Positions 25,650-33,707 of a stretch of DNA of 64,000 bases are shown in pieces (position 1 is the first letter of the stretch; each line of letters begins with the position of its first letter). The position numbers were made by a program, and so were the translations under genes. A model generated the notes under the pieces. It had not been told where the DNA came from, did not search any database, and saw only the letters and a program-made list of their open reading frames with translations. The stretch comes from Clostridia bacterium (lineage in GTDB: Bacteria > Bacillota > Clostridia > Christensenellales > Aristaeellaceae), in the NCBI GenBank assembly GCA_017547285.1, contig JAFYQB010000033.1, positions 1,678 through 65,677 of the forward strand. The letters run 5' to 3'.

Positions 25650-26894
25650 TTACTCTGCCTTCTGCCCCAGCACCTTGATCTCTTCGTTATCAAAGAACGC
25701 CACGGCAGCATAGCCCGCCGCTTCCAGATTGCCCAGCTGCTTGCCCAGCTTCTTCTGCTGGGGCAGCGCGGTTACAGCATACTCGCCGCGCAGGCGGGCG
25801 GCCTTCTTGAGCACCTCCGCAAAGGAAACGTCGCTGCGGTAGAGCAGCGCCAGCTTCTGTGCGGTGGGCACCTGATAACCCGCTTCCATCAGCAGACCGC
25901 AGATACGTTCAAAGCCGATGGAGAAACCAACCGCAGGCACCTGCTGGCCCAGGAACTTGCCGATCAGGCCGTCATAGCGTCCGCCGCCGGCGACCGCACC
26001 GGGGAATGCAGCGCAGGTCACTTCAAAGACCATACCGGTGTAATAGCCCTGACCGCGCACCAGAGAGGGCGCATAGGCGATGCGGTACTTGCCCTCCGCC
26101 AGCGCTTCCACAGTATTGATCACATTCATCAGGTTATTGGGCAGGGTCTGATCTTCCAGCATTTCAGCCACGCGCTGAATGGAGAAGTCGCCGCCGCGCA
26201 GGTAGGCGTCCAGCGCATCGATGGCAGCAGCCGGATATTCCTTTTCGGTCAGTTCGGCCTTTACGCCGTCCGCGCCGATTTTGTCCATCTTGTCAAAGGT
26301 GATGCACACGCTGTCCAGCGTTTCGGGCGCAAAGCCCATGGCGGTCAGCATGCTGCGCAGCATACGGCGGTCGTTCACATTCACGGTGAAATCGTCAAAG
26401 CCGATCGCCAGCAGCGCGCGGGCGGTCACGTCGATCAGTTCGATCTCGGCGTTGATGCTCTCATCGCCCAGAATATCGATATCGCACTGCACAAATTCAC
26501 GCATGCGGCCCTTCTGGGGACGCTCAGCGCGGAACACGCGGTCGGTTTGAATGACCTTGAACGGCGTGGGCAGGCTGGCGCGGTTGGCAGCATAGTAACG
26601 GGAGAGAGGCAGAGTCAGGTCGTAGCGCAGGCCGATATCAGACAGTTCCTTTTCATCGCCCGCAGCCAAAGCAGCGTTCAGCTTTTCGCCGCGCTTGAGC
26701 ACCTTGAAGATCAGGTTCAGGTTATCGCCGCCCTCGCTCTTGTCCAGATTTTCCATATCCTCCAGCATGGGGGTGGAAATGCGTTCAAAGCCGCTGGCGC
26801 GGTAGGTTTCCAGAATTTTGCCCTGCACATAGTCGCGCATGCGCATTTCATCCGGCAGATAGTCCTTCATACCCTTCAAAGGATTGATTTTCAT
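25650..26894 (-). CDS. hisS: histidine--tRNA ligase
   Basis: ORF trimmed to ATG 26894 (AAAGGAG RBS). GMKDYLPDE, FRAERPQKGRMREFVQCDIDILG (motif 2) and GGGRYDGLIG (motif 3) are present, with a C-terminal anticodon-binding domain. 414 aa. Confidence 0.9.
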   Translation of the reverse strand: MKINPLKGMKDYLPDEMRMRDYVQGKILETYRASGFERISTPMLEDMENLDKSEGGDNLNLIFKVLKRGEKLNAALAAGDEKELSDIGLRYDLTLPLSRYYAANRASLPTPFKVIQTDRVFRAERPQKGRMREFVQCDIDILGDESINAEIELIDVTARALLAIGFDDFTVNVNDRRMLRSMLTAMGFAPETLDSVCITFDKMDKIGADGVKAELTEKEYPAAAIDALDAYLRGGDFSIQRVAEMLEDQTLPNNLMNVINTVEALAEGKYRIAYAPSLVRGQGYYTGMVFEVTCAAFPGAVAGGGRYDGLIGKFLGQQVPAVGFSIGFERICGLLMEAGYQVPTAQKLALLYRSDVSFAEVLKKAARLRGEYAVTALPQQKKLGKQLGNLEAAGYAAVAFFDNEEIKVLGQKAE

Positions 26895-26913
26895 ACTTTC
26901 TATCTCCTTTCGT

Positions 26914-28215
26914 TTATCCAACAGATGGTTTCTTGACTCTGAAATGTACATAAGCCGCCGCAGCCAGCGCAGCCAGCAGACTGACTGCAGAAAGCAGCTG
27001 CTGTGCGTAAACCGTGATGCCAAACAGCTGGTTGCCGCCGTGCTGCATGGCTGTGACCACCGTGCTGAGCGCCAGCGTGATCAAAAAGCCGCAAAGTCCG
27101 GAAATGCTCTGGCACATTGCCAGCGAATCTGCGCGTTCCTCGGGCCTTGCGCAGTCGAACACAAGGTTGAACATGCCGCTGTTCACGCCTCCCATGGCAA
27201 TGCCATGAATGATGTAGTACAGCGCAAACATCACTTTGCCGTTGCCGGGCGCCGCCAGCGCCGTAAATGCAAAGCCCGCGCCCATCACCAGAAAGCACCG
27301 TTCCAGCATGGCTGCAAAGGAAAGCCTGTCAGCCAGCTTGCCCCAGTAGGGGGATACGATCATTCTGGCCACGCTGGACAGAATGCCGAAGCCGGAAATG
27401 AGCGTAAGACTGAAACCCAGTTCATTGAGCTGATAGGTGGCAAAGAACGGAATCGCTGAATTGTTGATGAAAAAGTACATCAGGTAGAGCAGCATGACCG
27501 AGCGCAGCTTTTGATTCTGCCAAAGCCCCTTCACCGTCTGGCTGATGGGTTTGCGCTTGGCGGCAGGCAGCGGCGGTTCCGCCATGAATACCTGACACAG
27601 CACGCACAGCAGCATGCAGATGGTCATGACGCACGCCATGATGCCAAAGGCGGTGTACAGCCTGCCCGAGCCCTCCAGCCAGTCAAACAGCGCGCCCATG
27701 CCAAAAGAAAACGCCATGCCCATGACCAGCGAGAACATTTCCTTGTACGCCGAGAACACGCCGCGCTTGCGGTCATCCACCAGGCTCATCATCCAGGTGG
27801 ATTTTTTTGGGGCTGCCACATTGATCAGCAGATTGGCCATCACAATGCTCATGGTAAACAGCACGCCGCTCACCTGCTGCCCCAGCGCCAGCCGCGGGAT
27901 CAGATACAGTGAAATGAACAGCAGCTGGTTGGCCGCCGTCAGCGCAAGCACAAATTTCTTGACACGGCTTTTGTGGATGAACATGCTGATGAGCTGGAAC
28001 AAACCGCCCAGCGTGCCCACCGCAGCAATCACGCCGGTCATACCATCGCTCATGCCGATTTCTGCAGTCAGTTTGGCAAGAAACGAACCGCTGACCGCCA
28101 GTGCAATCAGGTACTCCACCGCTGCATGGAAAATATAGAGAAGTCGTCCCCTTTTGAATGCTTTTTCATCGCAGGCCTGCACACAGGGTCCCTTCCTTTC
28201 GTACCCACGCATCAT
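26914..28215 (-). CDS. MFS transporter (start codon uncertain)
   Basis: Hydrophobic 12-TM-like ORF 26914-28251. No good RBS precedes any candidate start; ATG 28215 was chosen arbitrarily. The stop lies 20 nt before the hisS start. Confidence 0.7.
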   Translation of the reverse strand: MMRGYERKGPCVQACDEKAFKRGRLLYIFHAAVEYLIALAVSGSFLAKLTAEIGMSDGMTGVIAAVGTLGGLFQLISMFIHKSRVKKFVLALTAANQLLFISLYLIPRLALGQQVSGVLFTMSIVMANLLINVAAPKKSTWMMSLVDDRKRGVFSAYKEMFSLVMGMAFSFGMGALFDWLEGSGRLYTAFGIMACVMTICMLLCVLCQVFMAEPPLPAAKRKPISQTVKGLWQNQKLRSVMLLYLMYFFINNSAIPFFATYQLNELGFSLTLISGFGILSSVARMIVSPYWGKLADRLSFAAMLERCFLVMGAGFAFTALAAPGNGKVMFALYYIIHGIAMGGVNSGMFNLVFDCARPEERADSLAMCQSISGLCGFLITLALSTVVTAMQHGGNQLFGITVYAQQLLSAVSLLAALAAAAYVHFRVKKPSVG

Positions 28216-28277
28216 AGCACAACCGGCGCACGAAAACAACCGCAAAAGCAATGTTTTGCGCCATTTTCATGCCTCCA

Positions 28278-28306
28278 TTGACCGCAGTCCGCCGCAATGC
28301 TACAAT
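28278..28306 (+). promoter_or_regulatory. candidate promoter of the ATPase gene
   Basis: TTGACC (28278-28283), 17-nt spacer, TACAAT (28301-28306). Confidence 0.55.
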
Positions 28307-28337
28307 AAATGCACTTTCTACAGAGGGAGTGTGGACC

Positions 28338-29207
28338 ATGCTGTATCTGTCCCGTTTTTCTTTTCCCGGCAGCGAGCGCGAGTTCGACTTTTTTCTGCAG
28401 CAGAAACGCACCTGCCACGACAGCTATTATCCTTTTCAGATTCTGTCCAGACATCATGTAACGGATTTGACCTTTGAACCCGTCACCATTCTGTACGGCG
28501 GCAACGGAAGCGGCAAGACCACCGCCATCAATGTGATCGCCGAAACCCTCAAGCTCAGCCGTGACACCCGTTTCAATCAGTCGCCCTTTTTTGGCGACTA
28601 CACCGCTCTGTGCGATTACGAGCTTCGTCAGCCTATTCCTGCCGAAAGCCGCATCATCACCAGCGATGACGTATTCGATTACATGCTCAATCTGCGCGCC
28701 CTCAATGAAGGCATCGACCTCAGGCGCGAGGAGCTGTTTCAGGAATTTCTGGAGGACAAGTATTCCGATTTCAAATACCGCACGCTGGAGGACTATGAAC
28801 AGCTGAAACGTGTGAACATGGCGCGCAGCAAAACCCAGTCCAAATACGTGCGCAAAAGGCTGATGGACAATCCCCGCGAGCAGTCCAACGGCGAAAGCGC
28901 CTATTTCTATTTCACCAGCAAAATTCAGGAAAACGGCCTCTATCTGCTGGATGAACCGGAGAACAGCCTTTCTCCCCAGCGGCAGCAGGAGCTTCTTTCT
29001 TTTCTGGAAGACTCCGTTCGTTTCTTCGGCTGCCAGTTCATCATCGCCACCCACTCCCCCTTCCTGCTTTCCATGCGCGGAGCCCGGATCTACGATCTGG
29101 ACGCTGAACCTGTGCAAACCCGCAGATGGACGGAGCTGCCTGCGGTTCGGGCATATTTTGATTTTTTTCAGAAGTATGCTGATGCTTTTGATCATCCGGA
29201 TGATTGA
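28338..29207 (+). CDS. stand-alone ABC-type (AAA_21-like) ATPase
   Basis: ORF trimmed to ATG 28338 (GAGGGAG RBS). Walker A is YGGNGSGKTT, Walker B/D-loop is LYLLDEPENSLSP, and the H-loop is IATHSP. 289 aa, with no transmembrane or nuclease partner gene. Confidence 0.7.
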   Translation: MLYLSRFSFPGSEREFDFFLQQKRTCHDSYYPFQILSRHHVTDLTFEPVTILYGGNGSGKTTAINVIAETLKLSRDTRFNQSPFFGDYTALCDYELRQPIPAESRIITSDDVFDYMLNLRALNEGIDLRREELFQEFLEDKYSDFKYRTLEDYEQLKRVNMARSKTQSKYVRKRLMDNPREQSNGESAYFYFTSKIQENGLYLLDEPENSLSPQRQQELLSFLEDSVRFFGCQFIIATHSPFLLSMRGARIYDLDAEPVQTRRWTELPAVRAYFDFFQKYADAFDHPDD

Positions 29208-29234
29208 CCGTCTGTTCGGAATATGTTCTGAACA

Positions 29235-29263
29235 TTGACATTTTCGACCATTCATGATAAGCT
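29235..29263 (+). promoter_or_regulatory. candidate promoter of the eut operon
   Basis: TTGACA (29235-29240), 17-nt spacer, TAAGCT (29258-29263) preceded by TGA (extended -10-like). It leaves a ~75-nt leader before eutA. Confidence 0.5.
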
Positions 29264-29343
29264 TACGAGAAATGGGAGCAGCGTTTTTTTGTCTTTCTTT
29301 GCTGCTTTCCGGAAGCAATCTGCCGATTGGTCAGGAGTACGGA

Positions 29344-30765
29344 ATGGCAAGTATTTTGAGCGTTGGCGTCGACATCGGCACCTCCACCACACAGGTGATC
29401 TTCAGCCGGATCGATATGGAAAACACGGGCGGCTATTTTTCGGTACCGCGCGTTTCCATTGTGGACAAGCAGGTGATCTTCAAAAGTCCGGTCTACCTGA
29501 CGCCGCTGAAAACCCAGGTGCTGATCGACGGCGCAGCCGTGAGGGATCTGGTCGCAGGCGCTTACCGGCAGGCCGGGTACACGCCTGCGGATGTGAATAC
29601 AGGCGCGGTGATTATCACCGGCGAATCCGCCCGCAAGGAAAACGCGGCGGAGGTGCTGAACCAGCTGAGCGATTTTGCAGGCGAGTTTGTGGTATCCACC
29701 GCCGGGCCGGATCTGGAATCCATCATCGCGGGCAAGGGCAGCGGCGCCTATCAGTACAGCATGGATAACGGCTGTACGGCCGTCAACCTGGATATCGGCG
29801 GCGGCACCACCAACATCGTTATGTTCAAGGATGGCGAAACCGTCGCCAAGGGCTGTCTGGATATCGGCGGCAGGCTGATCCGGCTTGAGCAGGATCTGAC
29901 GGTTACCTATATCAGCCCGGCAGCGCAGGCCGTTGCGGATGCACTTGGTGCTGAAATCGAAAAGGGACGGCGCACCAGCTATGCTGTGCTGGAACGTATT
30001 ACCGACAAAATGGCTGATCTGCTTTTGCAGGCGCTGGGGGCCAAACCTCAGGAACCGCTGCTTACCAGAATCCAAACGCCGGAAAGTTCATGGTTTATGC
30101 CGGATGAACCCATTCACGCCATCTGTTTTTCCGGCGGTGTGGCGGACTGCATCGCCCAGCCGCAGGAAGGCATTCCCTACGGGGATATCGGCGCGATTCT
30201 CGGACGTTCCATTGCCGGAAGCGAACTGATGAAACGTTTCCGCTGCATCTCCGGCAGCGAAACCATCCGCGCGACCGTGGTCGGCGCGGGTACGTATACC
30301 ACCAGCATTTCCGGCAGCACCATCGATTACGCCGACGGGCTGCTGCCCCTCAAAAACATTCCCGCGCTCAAGCTGAACGCTCAGGAACAGGCGGACTGCT
30401 TTGCAGGCCGGGACGGTCTGGAAAGGCAGATGCGCTGGTTTATGGAACAGAGCGCGTCCGACCTGATCGCTGTAGCCATGGCAGGCGAACGGGATCCCGA
30501 TTACGCGACGGTCTGCCGGACAGCGGAATGCCTGGCGCATGAAATGGACGCCGCGCTGCCGCAGGGCAAGCCGTTGATTGTGATTCTGGAGCACGACATG
30601 GCCAAGGTGCTGGGCATGGCGATGCGCAGAGCGCTCGGCGAACGGCGCAAGGTCATCTGCATCGACAGCATCAAGGTGGAACAGGGCGATTATGTGGATC
30701 TGGGCCGCCCGGTGCTGGATGGACTGGTGATTCCGATTGTGGTAAAGACTCTCTTATTTGGCTAA
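29344..30765 (+). CDS. eutA: ethanolamine ammonia-lyase reactivase EutA
   Basis: ORF trimmed to ATG 29344 (AGGAG RBS). LSVGVDIGTSTTQVIFSR, IITGESARKENA, STAGPDLESIIAGKGSGA and NLDIGGGTTN match E. coli EutA blocks. Confidence 0.9.
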   Translation: MASILSVGVDIGTSTTQVIFSRIDMENTGGYFSVPRVSIVDKQVIFKSPVYLTPLKTQVLIDGAAVRDLVAGAYRQAGYTPADVNTGAVIITGESARKENAAEVLNQLSDFAGEFVVSTAGPDLESIIAGKGSGAYQYSMDNGCTAVNLDIGGGTTNIVMFKDGETVAKGCLDIGGRLIRLEQDLTVTYISPAAQAVADALGAEIEKGRRTSYAVLERITDKMADLLLQALGAKPQEPLLTRIQTPESSWFMPDEPIHAICFSGGVADCIAQPQEGIPYGDIGAILGRSIAGSELMKRFRCISGSETIRATVVGAGTYTTSISGSTIDYADGLLPLKNIPALKLNAQEQADCFAGRDGLERQMRWFMEQSASDLIAVAMAGERDPDYATVCRTAECLAHEMDAALPQGKPLIVILEHDMAKVLGMAMRRALGERRKVICIDSIKVEQGDYVDLGRPVLDGLVIPIVVKTLLFG

Positions 30766-30786
30766 GAAGCAAATGGAGGTATGAAT

Positions 30787-32151
30787 ATGAAACGATCCAC
30801 CGTGCTGGCCGGAAAACATTTTGAGTTCCGGTCAGTCAAGGAAGTGCTGGCCAAGGCCAACGAAGAAAAATCGGGCGACAAGCTGGCGGGTCTCGCCGCA
30901 GCGTCCGATCTGGAACGCGTGGCTGCCAAGGTGGTGCTCAGCAATTTCCTTGTCAGCGATCTGAGGGAAAATCCCGTGGTGCCCTACGAGGATGACGAGG
31001 TTACCCGCATCAATCAGGATTCCATTGATCCTGCGGTGTACAACCGCATCAAGAACTGGACGATGGCAGAGCTGCGCGAGTATATCCTTTCCTATGATAC
31101 AACGGAGGAGGATATCCACACCCTGAGCCGCGGCCTGACCAGCGAAGTGGTTGCGGGCGTTTGCAAACTGATGAGCAATCTGGACCTCATCTACGGCGCC
31201 AACAAGGTGCGCGTGACCGCCACCTGCAACACCACCATCGGCAAGCGCGGCACGCTCAGCACCCGTCTGCAGCCCAACCACGCCACCGACAACGTGGAAG
31301 GCATCACGGCTTCGCTGTTTGAAGGTCTCAGCTATGGCTGCGGCGACGCGCTGCTGGGTCTGAACCCGGTCAACGATACCGTATCCAGCCTGGCGGAAGT
31401 GCTCAAGCGTTTTGACGAAGTCAAGAACCGCTTTGAGATTCCCACCCAGATCTGCGTGCTGGGCCATATCACCACCCAGATCGAGGCCGTCAAGCGCGGC
31501 GCGCCCTGCGATATGATCTTCCAGTCCATCGCAGGCTCCCAGAAGGGCAACGAGGCCTTTGGTTTCAGCACCGCCACGGTTCGTGAGGCGCTGGCCCTGC
31601 TCAGGGAGCGCGGCACCGCCAAGGGCCCGAACGTAATGTATTTTGAAACCGGTCAGGGCAGCGAGCTGTCCAGCGATGCGCACTACGGCGCGGACCAGGT
31701 GACCATGGAAGCCCGCTGCTATGGCTTTGCCCGCGAGTTCAAGCCCTTCATGGTCAATACCGTGGTTGGTTTCATCGGCCCGGAATACCTGTACGACAGC
31801 CGCCAGGTCATCCGCGCCGGTCTGGAGGATCACTTCATGGGCAAGCTCACCGGCGTGCCCATGGGCTGCGACTGCTGCTATACCAACCATATGATGGCCG
31901 ACCAGAACGACATCGAAAACCTCGCTCTGCTGCTGGGCAGCGCGGGCATCAACTACATTCTGGGCGTGCCCACCAGCGATGATATCATGCTCAACTACCA
32001 GACCAACGCCTATCACGACTCCGCTGCCGTGCGCGAGATCCTGAATCTGCGCCCCATCCGCGAGTTCGAAGTCTGGCTGGAAAAGATGGGCATTATGGAA
32101 AACGGCAAACTCACGGCTCGCGCAGGCGATCCGACCATCTTTTTGAAGTAA
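30787..32151 (+). CDS. eutB: ethanolamine ammonia-lyase large subunit EutB
   Basis: ATG 30787 lies 8 nt after GGAGG. FRSVKEVLAKANEEKSGDKLAGLAAAS is near-identical in pattern to E. coli EutB. 454 aa. Confidence 0.95.
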   Translation: MKRSTVLAGKHFEFRSVKEVLAKANEEKSGDKLAGLAAASDLERVAAKVVLSNFLVSDLRENPVVPYEDDEVTRINQDSIDPAVYNRIKNWTMAELREYILSYDTTEEDIHTLSRGLTSEVVAGVCKLMSNLDLIYGANKVRVTATCNTTIGKRGTLSTRLQPNHATDNVEGITASLFEGLSYGCGDALLGLNPVNDTVSSLAEVLKRFDEVKNRFEIPTQICVLGHITTQIEAVKRGAPCDMIFQSIAGSQKGNEAFGFSTATVREALALLRERGTAKGPNVMYFETGQGSELSSDAHYGADQVTMEARCYGFAREFKPFMVNTVVGFIGPEYLYDSRQVIRAGLEDHFMGKLTGVPMGCDCCYTNHMMADQNDIENLALLLGSAGINYILGVPTSDDIMLNYQTNAYHDSAAVREILNLRPIREFEVWLEKMGIMENGKLTARAGDPTIFLK

Positions 32152-32164
32152 GGAGGGACATGCT

Positions 32165-33013
32165 GTGGATGAAAAATTGATTGCCCAAATTGTGGAGGAA
32201 GTCATCCGGCAGCTGCAGGCCGTGCAGACGCAGGGCGGCCAAAAGCCAACCTGCAGTGCCTGTGAGGATATTACCTCGCCTGCCTGCAAGGCGGTTCCCA
32301 TGCTCAAGGCGCAGGATCCCGAAGCGCTGCTGCGCATGAAGCGCAAAACCAACGCCCGCATTGGCGTGGGTAAGGCTGGCGCACGTTTGAACACCCAGAC
32401 CATGCTCACCCTCCGTGCGGATCACGCCCAGGCGCGCGACGCTGTGTTTGTAGACGTGAACCCGCAGGTGCTGGAAGATCTGGGCCTTTTCACCGTCCAG
32501 ACCTGCTGTGAAGACAAGAATACCTATGTAACCCGTCCCGATCTGGGCCGCACGCTCAGCAAGGAAGCCGTCAAAACCCTCAAGGAAAAGTGCGTGATGA
32601 ATCCGGACGTGCAGATCTACGCTGCCGACGGTCTCAGCTCCACTGCCATTCAGGTCAACCTGCCCAAGATCCTGCCCGTTCTGATGGACAGCCTCAAAGC
32701 CAAGGGCCTCAAAGTGGGCACGCCTTTCTTCCTGCGCTTTGGCCGCGTCGGCTCGCAGGAGCATGTGGCTGAAACGCTGGGCGCGAAGGTTGTGTGTGTG
32801 CTTATCGGCGAACGCCCCGGCCTTGCCACGGCGGAATCCATGAGCGCCTACATCGCCTACAACGCCTATGTGGGCATGCCGGAATCCAAGCGAACGGTCG
32901 TATCCAACATCCATAAGGATGGCACGGCCGCTGTGGAAGCCGGTGCGTATGTGGCCGATGTGATCGAAATGATTCTGGATCAGAAAGCCAGCGGCGTAGA
33001 ACTGGTCAAGTAA
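32165..33013 (+). CDS. eutC: ethanolamine ammonia-lyase small subunit EutC
   Basis: GTG start 7 nt after AGGAGGG. The nearby ATG 32160 is out of frame and hits a stop after 6 codons. It has an N-terminal amphipathic helix DEKLIAQIVEEVIRQL and a conserved C-terminal EutC core. Confidence 0.9.
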   Translation: MDEKLIAQIVEEVIRQLQAVQTQGGQKPTCSACEDITSPACKAVPMLKAQDPEALLRMKRKTNARIGVGKAGARLNTQTMLTLRADHAQARDAVFVDVNPQVLEDLGLFTVQTCCEDKNTYVTRPDLGRTLSKEAVKTLKEKCVMNPDVQIYAADGLSSTAIQVNLPKILPVLMDSLKAKGLKVGTPFFLRFGRVGSQEHVAETLGAKVVCVLIGERPGLATAESMSAYIAYNAYVGMPESKRTVVSNIHKDGTAAVEAGAYVADVIEMILDQKASGVELVK

Positions 33014-33029
33014 AGGAGGATGAATCTTT

Positions 33030-33680
33030 ATGCGCGGAGATCGCATTCAGACGAAAGTGCTGAGCGTACAGATCATCCCCAATGCCGACCCCATGCTGCT
33101 GAGTCAGCTGCCCATTCCCGAAGGCCACCGCAGCCTTGGCCTGATCACCACAGACTGTGACGACGTTTCCTACGCCGCTCTGGACGAAGCCACCAAAAAG
33201 GCGCAGGTGGAAGTGGTGTATGCCCGCAGCATGTACGCGGGTGCAGCCAATGCCAACACCGCGCTGGCCGGTGAATTCATCGGCATCCTGTCCGGTGAAA
33301 ATCCGGAGGAGGTGCGCAGCGGACTGGACGCGGCGGTCAGCTACATTGAGCACGACGCGGCGTTCTGTCAGGCCAACGACGATGGCTCCATCGTCTACTT
33401 TGCCCACACCATCTCCCGCACGGGCAGCTACCTGTCCAAGTGCGCGGAGGTGCCGGAAGGCACGGCGCTGGCCTACCTGATCGCTCCTCCGCTGGAAGCG
33501 ATGGTGGCGCTGGATGCAGCCGTCAAGGCAGCGGATGTAACGCTCAGAGTGTTCTACGGTCCGCCCTCCGAAACCAACTTTGCGGGCGGACTGGTGAGCG
33601 GCGATCAGGCGGCCTGCAAGGCAGCCTGCGAAGCTTTTGCCGAAACCGTCTGCAAGATTGCAGACGCGCCTATTCAATAA
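33030..33680 (+). CDS. eutL: BMC-T shell protein EutL
   Basis: 216 aa. It aligns along its length with E. coli EutL: RSLGLITTDCDDVSYAALDEATK, VVYARSMYAGAA and PPSETNFAGG. Confidence 0.9.
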   Translation: MRGDRIQTKVLSVQIIPNADPMLLSQLPIPEGHRSLGLITTDCDDVSYAALDEATKKAQVEVVYARSMYAGAANANTALAGEFIGILSGENPEEVRSGLDAAVSYIEHDAAFCQANDDGSIVYFAHTISRTGSYLSKCAEVPEGTALAYLIAPPLEAMVALDAAVKAADVTLRVFYGPPSETNFAGGLVSGDQAACKAACEAFAETVCKIADAPIQ

Positions 33681-33707
33681 ATCAACAACTACAAGGAGGT
33701 GATACTC

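Noticed and set aside
26895-28337. T-box leader for hisS, and a possible frameshifted N-terminus of the MFS gene. A GGAGG-ATG at about 28264-28275 on the minus strand opens ORF 28166-28411 in another frame.
   Set aside because: No T-box consensus or specifier structure was found. The GGAGG is the complement of the sequence just upstream of the plus-strand -35 element and may be coincidental. The alternative frame encodes nothing recognisable and stops after about 35 codons. A sequencing or real frameshift cannot be excluded without reads or homologues.
29264-29343. AdoCbl riboswitch or ANTAR (EutV) terminator/antiterminator in the eutA leader.
   Set aside because: The leader is only ~75 nt, whereas B12 riboswitches need about 200 nt. 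The one hairpin (about 29275-29310) has an 18-nt U-rich loop rather than the paired hexaloop stems of ANTAR targets. There is no T-tract terminator. No eutV/eutW pair is present.
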